64,000 bases of DNA from Oligoflexia bacterium (GTDB lineage: Bacteria; Bdellovibrionota; Bdellovibrionia; JABDDW01). The notes beneath the pieces were generated by a model. That model was not told the origin of the DNA, searched no databases, and worked only from the letters and a program-made list of their open reading frames with translations. Of the stretch, positions 12,738 to 22,435 are shown in pieces. The stretch's first letter is position 1, and each line of letters starts with the position of its first letter. The position numbers were made by a program, and so were the translations under genes. The stretch is from NCBI GenBank assembly GCA_043732305.1, contig JAYTHU010000075.1, forward strand, positions 12,849 through 76,848, given 5' to 3'.

Positions 12738-14114
12738 ATGCAAGACCAAACAGTCAGTCTAGAAGAATATCTAAAAAACTCAATAGACGGCAAAAATGCC
12801 GCGTTTTTGCTGCCGCTGGATGGCCGCAACCCCCTTCCAATCGAAGGAATATTCACGATTGGACGCAGCCCAAGCAACACTCTTTGTTTGCGGGATGTTC
12901 ACGTCAGTCATGAGCATTGCCAACTCGAAAAACGTCCTCTGGGATATTTTGTGCGAGATCTTCGAAGTCGAAATGGCGTTAAAGTGGATGGAGTGAAAGT
13001 CACCGAAGCGCAGCTGAAAGATGGCAGTCAAATTCAAGTGGGTGAATCAGAATTTATATTTCAAATGCAATCGAATGAAGTTTCCGGCCCGCTTGTTTCA
13101 AAAAATCAATCATGGAATTTGCGATTGCAATCACTAAAAAGTATTTCTTCAAGCCAGCTTCCGGTTTTCCTCCAGGGAGAAAGTGGAACGGGTAAAGAAG
13201 TTCTCTCACAACTTGTTCATGGCTTGAGTTCGCGCAAGAGTGGACCGTTCGTAGGTGTTAATTGTAGTGCGCTAACTGAAAGTTTAGTCGAGAGCGAATT
13301 GTTCGGACACATGAAAGGAAGTTTCACCGGTGCAACTAGCGATCGCAAAGGAGCTTTTGAAGCGGCTCGTAAAGGAACTTTGTTTTTAGATGAGATTGGA
13401 GATCTATCGCCGGCCCTTCAACCCAAACTTTTACGAGCTTTAGAAAATCAAGAAATCAGACCCGTTGGATCAGATAAATTAATTAAAACCGATGTGCGTA
13501 TCATCACAGCCACGCATAAAAATTTAGAAGAGTTAGTAAGTGAAGGAAAATTCCGCGCCGATTTATTTTTTAGAATCCATGTTGTGAAATTCCCCATCCC
13601 CGCTTTACGGGATCGATTGGAAGACTTAGAAGACTTGCTTCAGTTTTTTTCGCGTGAAATGCGCGTGAGATTTACTACGGATGCCATTAAAGCGATGAAA
13701 AGACATTCTTGGCCTGGGAATATTCGCGAACTTAAAAATGTGGTGGCACGAGCAAGTGCTCTTTATCCGGGTTACAATATCACGCCAGCGCACGTGGGAG
13801 TTTTACTCGATACGCCCGTCATGCCGGGTTCCGAAAAATCAGCATCGACTCAACTTATTTCGAAATTAGCGAGCTATCCATATGCGAAACAAGCTGAAAA
13901 AGAAATGATTCAAAAAAGGCTTATCATTAATAAAGGGAATCAACGACGAACAGCCTCAGAATTAGGAATGCCAAAAAGCACGCTTCACGATAAAATTAAA
14001 AGTTACAGAATTGATCTGGATTCAATCACGAACTTGGATCGATTTGAAGAACAGCTTCATTACCCGACCGTTGTTGAGGATGCGGTTGATGGAGAGCTTG
14101 AGGCGCAACTTTAA
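12738..14114 (+). CDS. FHA-domain sigma54-dependent transcriptional activator
   Basis: FHA (IGR..VS..H..SRNG), Walker A GESGTGKE, GSFTGA loop, WPGNIREL, Fis-type HTH. Confidence 0.92.
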   Translation: MQDQTVSLEEYLKNSIDGKNAAFLLPLDGRNPLPIEGIFTIGRSPSNTLCLRDVHVSHEHCQLEKRPLGYFVRDLRSRNGVKVDGVKVTEAQLKDGSQIQVGESEFIFQMQSNEVSGPLVSKNQSWNLRLQSLKSISSSQLPVFLQGESGTGKEVLSQLVHGLSSRKSGPFVGVNCSALTESLVESELFGHMKGSFTGATSDRKGAFEAARKGTLFLDEIGDLSPALQPKLLRALENQEIRPVGSDKLIKTDVRIITATHKNLEELVSEGKFRADLFFRIHVVKFPIPALRDRLEDLEDLLQFFSREMRVRFTTDAIKAMKRHSWPGNIRELKNVVARASALYPGYNITPAHVGVLLDTPVMPGSEKSASTQLISKLASYPYAKQAEKEMIQKRLIINKGNQRRTASELGMPKSTLHDKIKSYRIDLDSITNLDRFEEQLHYPTVVEDAVDGELEAQL

Positions 14115-15170
14115 TTTTTCTTTTCCTGGGGCGGTGTCCACTTCATCGAAACTCATTTCTTCGAGTGTACGGGCCATGATGTCGCGAATTTCAGTTTCGC
14201 GAGATTTTATTTCGACCGAGGATTCTCGGTTGGACATTTCCATATAAAATTCGAGTGCCACCATAGGTTGATGTCGCGGGCTCGTTGATTTCAAATTAGA
14301 AATCAGTCTTGGAAAAGCCACCACGAATTCCGGTGCCGGAGCGCCCTTTGCTTCTTCAGGTTCATTTGTCCCAATTTCAGTTTTTGAACCAGCGACTTCA
14401 TCAAATGATTTTAAAAATGGATCCCTGTCGATATTTCGAGTGGTGTTGTGAGCCAAATCTTTTCCAATCAGATAAAGAGTTGCCGTAAGTAAAACAAATA
14501 TTCCCACCATGAGGTAGCGCTTGCGGCTGTAGGAAAAAAAAGATTGGTACAAAATTTTGAAATGCCCAGCGCGCAAAACTAATGGGTGTTTCAGTGCTGC
14601 GGGTAAAGTTTTAATCCATTCTTTGGGGGGGACGATTTTCAATTGCAGGGCGTGCGTGAACAAAGTTTTTCCAAGTTCAAAAGGAAGAACGATCACACTA
14701 GTGCCGGCGCTAAACAATGAGCCCCAAAATCTAGGCTTGGAATCGTCTTGATGTTTCGCCGACTTTATTTTTTTGCCAGCCGATGCTTGTTCGACTTCAG
14801 TCGGTGTTTCGGCGTCGCCTTTGCCGTCATCACCTTTGAGATAATCGGCACCGATAGAAATAGATTCTAGAGGCTGCCCCATCTCAATATTTTGCAGTTC
14901 ACCTTCGACGTCATGCAGCGAGCCCGCAAAAGTTTCATCCACTTCATTGAGCAAACTATTTACTTCATCGAGGGAGAAATCATCGACATGACGCTCATTG
15001 GTCGCCGCAACGACCTTGACGCCTTCAAATGATGGATTGAGCTGAACCGTGCCGTCTTGTCGGGGATCGACATTTTGCGCCAGGTTGACTGTCTGTGAAA
15101 GTTCGACAGCGATGGTTTTTTCCATCTCCTTCACACTCTCTAAACTTTTTGTTGTGTCTCTATCGACCAA
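14022..15170 (-). CDS. fliL: FliL-family protein with long acidic N-terminal region (start uncertain)
   Basis: Single TM then FliL domain (ISNL...EIRD...GKEKLK...IN..L..GRV..LFF). Confidence 0.75.
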   Translation of the reverse strand: MVDRDTTKSLESVKEMEKTIAVELSQTVNLAQNVDPRQDGTVQLNPSFEGVKVVAATNERHVDDFSLDEVNSLLNEVDETFAGSLHDVEGELQNIEMGQPLESISIGADYLKGDDGKGDAETPTEVEQASAGKKIKSAKHQDDSKPRFWGSLFSAGTSVIVLPFELGKTLFTHALQLKIVPPKEWIKTLPAALKHPLVLRAGHFKILYQSFFSYSRKRYLMVGIFVLLTATLYLIGKDLAHNTTRNIDRDPFLKSFDEVAGSKTEIGTNEPEEAKGAPAPEFVVAFPRLISNLKSTSPRHQPMVALEFYMEMSNRESSVEIKSRETEIRDIMARTLEEMSFDEVDTAPGKEKLKLRLKLSINRILNNGRVMKLFFKSIQVRD

Positions 15171-15195
15171 AGTCCGGACTCCGTCAAAATGTTAT

Positions 15196-15222
15196 TCAGT
15201 TTTTTGAAACCTCTACCGAATT
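15196..15222 (+). promoter_or_regulatory. Putative sigma28 (FliA) promoter
   Basis: TCAGTTTT-N11-ACCGAATT upstream of the lipoprotein gene. Confidence 0.4.
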
Positions 15223-15246
15223 GATTATTGCGTGAAGGAGACGAAA

Positions 15247-15876
15247 ATGAAATCAAAATTACTATTAGTATTACTTCCAGTCCTATTGCTTGCGTTACCA
15301 GGCTGCGCCCTTTTTGACGATCAAGGATCGGGAGTCAACGAAGACAATGATTACTCCGCCTATTCGGCTCAGAAAAACGGAATGTCAGAAGCTTTTGACG
15401 AATTAGGTTACACACCATCGCAAAAACTTTCCGAAGACGAAAAAGATTCCCTCTATAAGCGCTTGAAATTGAAACGTCTCGAACGCGGTCTCACAGACAA
15501 AGAGCGCGAGCAATATTTCAGCTACAAATCATTCATGGATAGTGACAACGAGCGCGCTGACTTTTTAAATTTACCGAACCTGGCAGCTCGCGACAGATAC
15601 GCTCAACAACGCGGATTTTATAATCACGTCAACAAGTATGCACCGTCCATCAAAGAAGCGATCACTCACGGCGACATCGTTTTAGGCATGAGCAAAGATG
15701 CAGTCCTTGAATCTTGGGGCGAACCCGAGAACATTGAAGTCGCCGGGAATCAAGTTTACGGCAATGAACGCTGGACTTACGTGGAATATAATTCCACCGC
15801 TGAAGGATTTCAAAAAGAAGAGCGCGTGATTATTTTTGAAAGCGGCAAAGTAGCCGGCTGGAAACGCTACCAGTGA
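15247..15876 (+). CDS. Lipoprotein with C-terminal BamE/DUF2845-like domain
   Basis: AAGGAG RBS, lipobox LPGC, GMSKDAVLESWGEP...ERWTY...FESGKV. Confidence 0.7.
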   Translation: MKSKLLLVLLPVLLLALPGCALFDDQGSGVNEDNDYSAYSAQKNGMSEAFDELGYTPSQKLSEDEKDSLYKRLKLKRLERGLTDKEREQYFSYKSFMDSDNERADFLNLPNLAARDRYAQQRGFYNHVNKYAPSIKEAITHGDIVLGMSKDAVLESWGEPENIEVAGNQVYGNERWTYVEYNSTAEGFQKEERVIIFESGKVAGWKRYQ

Positions 15877-18536
15877 GATCCTGATTCCACATCAACCTTG
15901 AGTGGAACTCTCAGTTTTGTGGTTTCGCCCATCCATGCCTTCACTTGATTTTGAAACTCTGGAGTTTCATTGTCCGGAACTTCAAATACCAACTCATCAT
16001 GCACTTGCATAATCATTTTTTCTTTGAAGTTACTTTCAGCCATCTCTTTATCGATTTTAATCATAGCCACTTTTATAATATCAGCAGCCGCACCTTGAAT
16101 AGGCATGTTGATCGCCTGACGCTCCGCTGATTGCCTGATGTTCCGATTGCTTGATTTAAGTCCTGGATAATAACGTCTTCGACCAAACATGGTTTCGACG
16201 TAACCTTTTTCCATTCCCTCATGCACAACGGAATTCATATATTCTTTTACTCCGGGATAGCGCTCGAAATATTTTTGAATGAAGTCGGCAGCTTCTTTCC
16301 TACCAATAGAAAGATTTTCTGCAAGACCAAATTCACTCATCCCGTAAACAATTCCGAAGTTGATAGCTTTTGCGGTACGGCGATGATCAGAATTCACATC
16401 TTCTAATGCCACTCCAAAAACATCGCTTGCCGTTGCCGAATGAATATCCAAGTCCTGCTCAAAGGCGCGACTCAGATTTTTGTCTCCGGTGATGTGAGCT
16501 AAAATTCTCAACTCCACCTGACTGTAATCCGCAGACAAAATCTTGTAACCCTCTGGCGCCACAAAGCTATTGCGAATACGTATTCCGCGAGGAGTTCTGA
16601 TGGGAATGTTTTGAAGATTGGGATGAACGGAACTCAAACGCCCAGTGGAAGTCACCGCTTGGTTGTAGCGCGTGTGCACTCTACCCGTTTCAGGATTGAT
16701 CATCTGCGGAAGCGCTTCAACATAGGTCGAATTTAATTTTGAAAGTTCTCGCCACTCGATAATTTTTTCCGCGATCGGACTTTGATCTTTTAATTTCTCA
16801 AGGACATCAGAGTCTGTAGAAAATCCGGTTTTTGTTTTTCTAATCACCGGAAGCTTTAGTTTCTCAAATAAGATTTGTCCAAGTTGCTTGGGACTTCCAA
16901 TGTTAAATTCTTGTCCAACTGACTCGAAAATTTCCTTTTCCAAATTTCTGATTTGAGCTTTAAGCTCGACCGAATAGGATTTTAGCGAATCACGGTCTAT
17001 CAAAACTCCCAAAGATTCCATTCGATACAGAACAGGAATGAGCGGAAGCTCGATTTGATGAAGAATAGTGTTTGATCCCGCTTTCACGCCTTCGGTTTCG
17101 AGTTTCCACGACAACTCCTGACAAAAAGCCAAGCGCTCCGCCGGGCCAATAAGATCGGGAAGATCTTTTTCGAGATGAATCTTAATGAGGCTTTTGAAAT
17201 CGAGTTCGCCCTCATGACCCAGGCAATGAGCAGCGATCATAGTGTCACGAGAAATCTTATGTAACGCTGACCCCTTGATACTCATCTGATGAGCAATGCC
17301 CTTGGTGTCAAATCCAGCCAAGCCTACTTTTGTTTTTTCTAAAAAATCGGAAAGCCAATTGTTTATTTTTTCAATATTGCCTTCAAAATGAAATGCATTT
17401 TCACCCAACGCAAAAGCTAAGCCTGTGGGAGACGAGTCACACCAAAGAGGCAGAGTCGCGTTTGTCTCCAAACTCTTTAGAAATGTTTTTTCTAATATTC
17501 CCACGTCATCGACACGAGAAAAATTTAAATTGGAAGGCGGAGAATTCTGATTCGTGTCAGAAGTTATAGCGACAGCTTTGCGTGCGTCTCCAGATGCTCC
17601 GTAAGAATTTTCGAAAGACATCAAGTTTGAATTCTCAATCGAAATTTGAGTCACTTGATTGCCGCTTCCGGCAAGTTGCCCGGCATCTTCACCGAGAAAT
17701 TTTGTAAGCATGGTCTTGAACTCTAACTCTTGAAGCAGTTCAACTAGTTTTTCCTGATTCGGTGGACGGCGCTTGATAATGTCTTCGGAATATTCTAGTG
17801 GAATGTCGCGCACAATGGTCACAAGCTTTTGAGAAAGAAGCGCTTGCTCTTTCTGAGTGCTCATCAACTCACGCAGACGATCGTTTTTAATTTCAGACAA
17901 ATTATTAAAAACGTTTTCTAAAGTTCCGTACTCGCCTAAAAGTTTTTGAGCGGCTTTTGGTCCCACGCCGCGCACGCCAGGAACATTGTCCGAGGTGTCG
18001 CCGACGAGAGCCAAATAATCAATCACTTGATTAGGATTCACACCAAATTTAGCTCTCACTTCGTCATCGCCCATGTACAAATCTTTTGAAGGATCAAAAA
18101 TCCGAATGCCAGGTTCTACCAGCTGACCAAAATCTTTGTCCCCGCTGACGATTGTGACTTCTTGACCATGTTTTTTAGCGAGAGTGGCTAGAGTTCCAAT
18201 AATATCGTCGGCCTCATAACGAGGATTTTCGAAACCAGCAATTGAAAAAGCCTCAGCGACTCTTGGCAAATAACAAAACTGTTTGATCAGATCATCGGGA
18301 GCGGCACTGCGATTGGCTTTATATTCTGGATACAATTCTTCGCGAAAACCATCACCAGAAACATCGTAACAAAATGCGATGTAATCGGGTTTATGCTCTT
18401 TGAGAAGTTTCATGATTGCGACAATAAAACCATAAACGGCGTTGGTTGGAATTCCTTTGGAATTATTGAGCTGGCGAATCGCATAGAACGATCTAAAGAA
18501 AATCGAACTCACATCTATCAGATAAATTTTTTTCAT
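15867..18536 (-). CDS. polA: DNA polymerase I
   Basis: 5'-3' exonuclease (YKANR, EADD, GDKD) and polymerase motifs (ADYSQVELR, KAINFG, VHDE). Confidence 0.98.
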   Translation of the reverse strand: MKKIYLIDVSSIFFRSFYAIRQLNNSKGIPTNAVYGFIVAIMKLLKEHKPDYIAFCYDVSGDGFREELYPEYKANRSAAPDDLIKQFCYLPRVAEAFSIAGFENPRYEADDIIGTLATLAKKHGQEVTIVSGDKDFGQLVEPGIRIFDPSKDLYMGDDEVRAKFGVNPNQVIDYLALVGDTSDNVPGVRGVGPKAAQKLLGEYGTLENVFNNLSEIKNDRLRELMSTQKEQALLSQKLVTIVRDIPLEYSEDIIKRRPPNQEKLVELLQELEFKTMLTKFLGEDAGQLAGSGNQVTQISIENSNLMSFENSYGASGDARKAVAITSDTNQNSPPSNLNFSRVDDVGILEKTFLKSLETNATLPLWCDSSPTGLAFALGENAFHFEGNIEKINNWLSDFLEKTKVGLAGFDTKGIAHQMSIKGSALHKISRDTMIAAHCLGHEGELDFKSLIKIHLEKDLPDLIGPAERLAFCQELSWKLETEGVKAGSNTILHQIELPLIPVLYRMESLGVLIDRDSLKSYSVELKAQIRNLEKEIFESVGQEFNIGSPKQLGQILFEKLKLPVIRKTKTGFSTDSDVLEKLKDQSPIAEKIIEWRELSKLNSTYVEALPQMINPETGRVHTRYNQAVTSTGRLSSVHPNLQNIPIRTPRGIRIRNSFVAPEGYKILSADYSQVELRILAHITGDKNLSRAFEQDLDIHSATASDVFGVALEDVNSDHRRTAKAINFGIVYGMSEFGLAENLSIGRKEAADFIQKYFERYPGVKEYMNSVVHEGMEKGYVETMFGRRRYYPGLKSSNRNIRQSAERQAINMPIQGAAADIIKVAMIKIDKEMAESNFKEKMIMQVHDELVFEVPDNETPEFQNQVKAWMGETTKLRVPLKVDVESGSHW

Positions 18537-18585
18537 TTGATTACTACCTTGTTCGAAATATCAGAAATTTTCTTTATTCAATCGA

Positions 18586-18846
18586 TCAATCAATAGCGGG
18601 GTCAAAATCACGAACCACTCGCTCATACACAGGCTCAGGCATTGCGACCGTTTTCGAACCGGAGTTTACAACTGAAAACTGCATCGAATCAAGCAGTCTT
18701 CCATACGCATTTGCCGGCGCGTAAAGTCCCAGTTCCCATTCGCTCACTGTCTGTTGGCGACAGCCGAGCCGATGGGCAAATTCCGCTTGGGAATGACCGT
18801 GCTTCTTTCGCAATTCTTTGACTTTTTCTGCATCCCAGGTTGCCAT
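18586..18846 (-). CDS. XRE-family HTH protein
   Basis: LRKKHGHSQAEFAHRLGCRQQTVSEWELG; start chosen at ATG 18846. Confidence 0.85.
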   Translation of the reverse strand: MATWDAEKVKELRKKHGHSQAEFAHRLGCRQQTVSEWELGLYAPANAYGRLLDSMQFSVVNSGSKTVAMPEPVYERVVRDFDPAID

Positions 18847-18894
18847 GTTTAAAGCGTAAGCGGGAAATCGTATCCATTGCAAGGGGGAGCTTCT

Positions 18895-19488
18895 ATGAAG
18901 ATGATTTATTCGAGACTCATCTATTCGACATTTATAGTTCTAATTTTTTCATTAGTGGCTTCAGTTGGGTCTGCTATGAATTTTAACTCTATAGAAATCT
19001 CGTCAATACCGGCCACACCACCTAACGCCTGCTACAAAGGCTGTACTCTAGAAATGAAATCCCTCTTAACGAAATTTAATGCCGCCAGCGCACCCGATCT
19101 CTCCCCCGCCGTTTACAGTGGCAGGTGCTATGACCTCGCATCGAACTTAAATCCAAACCAAGTTCAATATGGCATGGCGATGTTTGACCATAATGATCAG
19201 AATGGGAATCTTCCTTATTTTGCCACAATGTTTTCTTTTTATTCCGGCCAAGATGACTGGGCCAAATGGGATCTCAAAACCGCGCGCACGCAAATTGATG
19301 TTGGCTGGAAAAGTTTTGGAAGACTCATCATCACCGCTTCCAAAACATCGCATGTGGCGATCTTAGATGCTGATGGAAATTATTCCATGATTTATTGGTT
19401 CAGACAAAATTCCAGAACCGGAACTCTGTATCAAATTACATATTGGGGTGGAAACATGGAAAGCTTTTGCGAATTGAAAAAGCACTAG
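18895..19488 (+). CDS. Secreted hypothetical protein
   Basis: GGGGAG RBS, signal peptide, paired Cys. Confidence 0.7.
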   Translation: MKMIYSRLIYSTFIVLIFSLVASVGSAMNFNSIEISSIPATPPNACYKGCTLEMKSLLTKFNAASAPDLSPAVYSGRCYDLASNLNPNQVQYGMAMFDHNDQNGNLPYFATMFSFYSGQDDWAKWDLKTARTQIDVGWKSFGRLIITASKTSHVAILDADGNYSMIYWFRQNSRTGTLYQITYWGGNMESFCELKKH

Positions 19489-19501
19489 GCAAATTGATAT
19501 C

Positions 19502-19970
19502 TCAATTCACTTTTACATTGCACGTGCCAATGAAAGTAGGTGTCACATCTTTAGAATTTTCGTCGATAAGACTGGAAAAAACTTCGTTAGATTGCAGATC
19601 ACCAAAAACTTTGGGATCATTGACGTAAACTGCCAACTTCTTATTATCCAACTTGTTTACTCTGGCTCTCAATACTAAGTTTTCATTCTCGGTGGGCCTT
19701 TTAACTCGAGACAATGTCTGCTCTTCGATAATCGTTCCGGATGATGCCGAAGCGATTTTCTTGAAAATAAAAAAATCGCCGTTCGCCCTCGCTAGGCTCA
19801 TGGTCACAAGATAAAACCCATCTGTCATGACATCCGCGCCAACCAGGGCATACACAACAACATTTCGGGTCGCTCCGCATTCCAAGGTTTGATAATTATG
19901 CGGAAGCCTCCAAAATTAATACAACAACAGAGAGAATATCAGATATTGAACACAGCAGTCCGAGCGCCAT
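19502..19970 (-). pseudogene. Secreted hypothetical protein, probably frameshifted after the signal peptide
   Basis: ATG 19970 gives MALGLLCSISDILSVVVLILEASA then TAA; removing one base joins it to NYQTLECG... of ORF 19502-19885. Confidence 0.5.
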
Positions 19971-19976
19971 GCCCCA

Positions 19977-20204
19977 CTACCTTTTAGTAAGCTTATAAAG
20001 ACAAGCGCCAATGTGATCCGCTAAATCCACTAACGCCACTTTAGTAGATCCAGAAAGTGCCAATACTCACTGACATTCCCGCAGACTCCCAAAGGCAATA
20101 AAGAAAAGCCTCATTTGATTCCTCAAATGGCCTGGAAGCTTCAGCTTCAAATACTCTTGGTAAAATTGAATAGATAATTGATAAGTTCTAAATGCTTTCT
20201 TGAT
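19977..20204 (-). pseudogene. Four-helix-bundle (23S rRNA IVP/Avd-like family) protein pseudogene
   Basis: IKKAFRTYQLSIQFYQEYLKLKLPGHLRNQMRLFFIAFGSLRECQ*VLAL...ADHIGACLYKLTKR*; ATC in place of start after AAAGGAAG, internal TGA at 20067-20069, RAxxSIxxNxAEG helix missing. Confidence 0.75.
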
Positions 20205-20270
20205 GTCTTCCTTTCAAGTTATTTTTATTCGCTCACGGATGGGGTGAATAAAAAAATCTCGAAAAGAAAA

Positions 20271-20320
20271 CGGGAATCAGATCGGAAATCGGATTCTTTC
20301 GGATTTCGGAAAACGGACCT
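20271..20320. repeat. Degenerate heptamer tandem repeat (CGGAWWW)
   Basis: cgggaat, cggaaat, cggattc, cggattt, cggaaaa, cggacct. Confidence 0.6.
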
Positions 20321-20323
20321 CAG

Positions 20324-20362
20324 AAATGACGCACATCTGGACAAAAAGGAAGCTGGTACCTT
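20324..20362 (+). repeat. REP-like element, single copy
   Basis: AAATGACGCACATCTGGACAAAAAGGAAGCTGGTACCTT, matching the arms at 8266-8306 and 8384-8424. Confidence 0.85.
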
Positions 20363-20376
20363 CCGTACCTTCCAAT

Positions 20377-20408
20377 AAAAAACCCTTCGTATTTCTACGA
20401 AGGGTTTT
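20377..20408 (-). terminator. Intrinsic terminator of the csp gene
   Basis: AAAACCCTTCGTA-tttc-TACGAAGGGTTTT perfect hairpin with T-tract. Confidence 0.85.
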
Positions 20409-20430
20409 GAGAAATTTTCTTAATTTATAA

Positions 20431-20646
20431 TTAAGAATTCGTAATTTTGACTAAAGAAACATTTGCAGCCTGAGGGCCACGATCTGTTTCCAATAATTCG
20501 AACTCTACTGCGGAACCTTCAGGAAGGGTTTTGAAACCTTCTCCTTGGATTGCGGTGTAGTGGACGAAAACATCTTTGCCACCATCACGTTCGATAAAGC
20601 CAAAACCTTTGCTATCGTTGAACCATTTTACTTTTCCTGCAGCCAT
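20431..20646 (-). CDS. cspA: Cold-shock protein
   Basis: [15 protein letters not shown] and DVFVHY motifs. Confidence 0.95.
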   Translation of the reverse strand: MAAGKVKWFNDSKGFGFIERDGGKDVFVHYTAIQGEGFKTLPEGSAVEFELLETDRGPQAANVSLVKITNS

Positions 20647-20684
20647 GACTAAAACCCCTCCTAAAAATTATTAAACCTATTTTT

Positions 20685-20713
20685 AAGGTAAACAACCTCC
20701 GAGATGGGGTCAA
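20685..20713 (-). promoter_or_regulatory. Putative sigma70 promoter of csp
   Basis: TTGACC-N17-TACCTT. Confidence 0.5.
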
Positions 20714-20761
20714 GCAAGATATTTTCGTAATTTTTTTAACCTTTGACAGATTCTGTAATTT

Positions 20762-21049
20762 TCAGTTATCGAAAATAAAAACTAGTTCGTCTTCACCCAC
20801 AAGATCAAGCCGTTCGCGGGCTTCGTGGCCTATAAACCTATCCGAACTTTGCGCGCGCAAAATTTTAGACTTAAGTTCAGTGTTTCGAGCATGTACATTT
20901 TTATACGATTCTTGGAGTTTTTTTTTCTCAACTTTCATATTCCAAAGGTTCATAAGGCTTCCTTCAGTCAAAAGGCTAGCAATGGCGACGGCCACTGCGG
21001 CTACTGCAATCTTCACAGGTTGAGATAAAATGTTTCTGATTTGTCTCAC
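20762..21049 (-). CDS. ftsB: Septum formation initiator FtsB/DivIC family
   Basis: TM, coiled coil, EARERLDLVGEDELVF; close to eno. Confidence 0.8.
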   Translation of the reverse strand: MRQIRNILSQPVKIAVAAVAVAIASLLTEGSLMNLWNMKVEKKKLQESYKNVHARNTELKSKILRAQSSDRFIGHEARERLDLVGEDELVFIFDN

Positions 21050-21075
21050 AATTAACTACTCCCCTTAGGAATAGT

Positions 21076-22380
21076 CTACAGAATGGTGAACATCGCTTGC
21101 AAATACAATTCAGTGCTGTTTCCGTTATTGATCGGATCAAAAGGAGCATTGCCCCATGTCTGGGTAGTGCCGTTGATGGCGTAGTCCTCAAACAATCCTG
21201 TTGCGAGCGCAAACTTTTTGGTAAAATTATAAGTAAAATCGATATTCATCACGCGGTGTGACTGCACGTAAGCAGGACGATTGTTGTTTGGGTCAGAATA
21301 ATAAGTGGTGTTGTAGACTTGTGGACTTAAAGTGATAACTATTTTTGGTGTAGCATTGTAGCTCACATTTAAAATTTCATAATCTCTGAAACTTGCATTT
21401 TGCAATTGTTGATTTGCAGATGCTCCACCAGTGTTCAATAGCGCACTCGTGTTGTATTGTTGGAAATAGATTCGCCCAATAAACATCAACTGCAAATCAA
21501 ATCTACCAAAAGATCTGTCCAAGGCAAGTGTATCCCAATTTTCTCCGAATGCACCCGAGAGGTTGGAGCGTTGACTGGTCGGAATATCGTAACGAAAGCT
21601 TCCTTCAAGTTTATATCTACCAAATTGAGCAATCTTTTTATCAACGAGCTGCAAAGCTGTGTTTCCCATATAAAGAGAGTAGGGCTGAGTCTCTCCCACA
21701 CTTCCTTCAGCCGCTCTGACACCTTGACTGTCGCCTTGAGTGCGATTTCTATCGCCAAAATAGGTGTTAAAAAACTGAGGCATCACACCAAAGCTTATTT
21801 CCTTTGAAAAATTATAGGTAATTGTAGGCATTTGCCACGCGCGGACTTCACCATCTAGTGGAGAGGCACTGTTAGTCTGCGCATGTTCAACAGTTGCTGC
21901 ATCGATGGCATTATAAGTCACCCAAACAAAACTTATCTTAGAAAGAGCTGCAGGTTTTTCCGTGCTTTGAATTTTAATGGAACTCACTCCCAAAGCGCCA
22001 TCAGAAACCGCGCCGGTGAAAGGATTAGATACATTGCCAATATTAGAGTAAGTCCCAATACTGTCGGAACTAGATAATCCGGTGGTTTTTCCGGGAATAT
22101 ACTGACTACCTTTAGCGTTACTAGCAATTAATTTTTTAGTGATTATCTTCTGGGGAACTAAAAACGTTGCAGCTTCTTTAGCTGCAGCAGTACTCAAACC
22201 CGCAATCTTAACTTTTGCTTTCGGCTTTACTTTGCGGGCTTTCAAAGGTGGAACTGCACTGGAGCGGGCTCCGGCTGGTTTAGCACCAACACTTACAGTT
22301 TTGGTCTCCTGTGCATGAAGAGCACTTCCAAAGGAAATTGCACCGAAGGCAGCAAATGCGGTCACGGCTTTTAAAATCAT
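21076..22380 (-). CDS. Putative outer-membrane beta-barrel protein with basic low-complexity N-terminus
   Basis: GGAGG RBS, signal peptide, amphipathic strands, aromatic C-terminal strand. Confidence 0.65.
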   Translation of the reverse strand: MILKAVTAFAAFGAISFGSALHAQETKTVSVGAKPAGARSSAVPPLKARKVKPKAKVKIAGLSTAAAKEAATFLVPQKIITKKLIASNAKGSQYIPGKTTGLSSSDSIGTYSNIGNVSNPFTGAVSDGALGVSSIKIQSTEKPAALSKISFVWVTYNAIDAATVEHAQTNSASPLDGEVRAWQMPTITYNFSKEISFGVMPQFFNTYFGDRNRTQGDSQGVRAAEGSVGETQPYSLYMGNTALQLVDKKIAQFGRYKLEGSFRYDIPTSQRSNLSGAFGENWDTLALDRSFGRFDLQLMFIGRIYFQQYNTSALLNTGGASANQQLQNASFRDYEILNVSYNATPKIVITLSPQVYNTTYYSDPNNNRPAYVQSHRVMNIDFTYNFTKKFALATGLFEDYAINGTTQTWGNAPFDPINNGNSTELYLQAMFTIL

Positions 22381-22420
22381 TTCATTCCTCCAAAAGTTTC
22401 TCTCATCTATTTATAACTGA

Positions 22421-22435
22421 GCAACGCGCATGCCA
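22421..22435 (-). promoter_or_regulatory. sigma54 -24/-12 promoter
   Basis: TGGCATGCGCGTTGC (GG-N10-GC) about 40 bp upstream of the barrel gene. Confidence 0.7.

Noticed and set aside
19977..20204. Diversity-generating retroelement (Avd-like gene)
   Set aside because: No reverse transcriptase and no TR/VR pair with adenine-specific mismatches seen in the window
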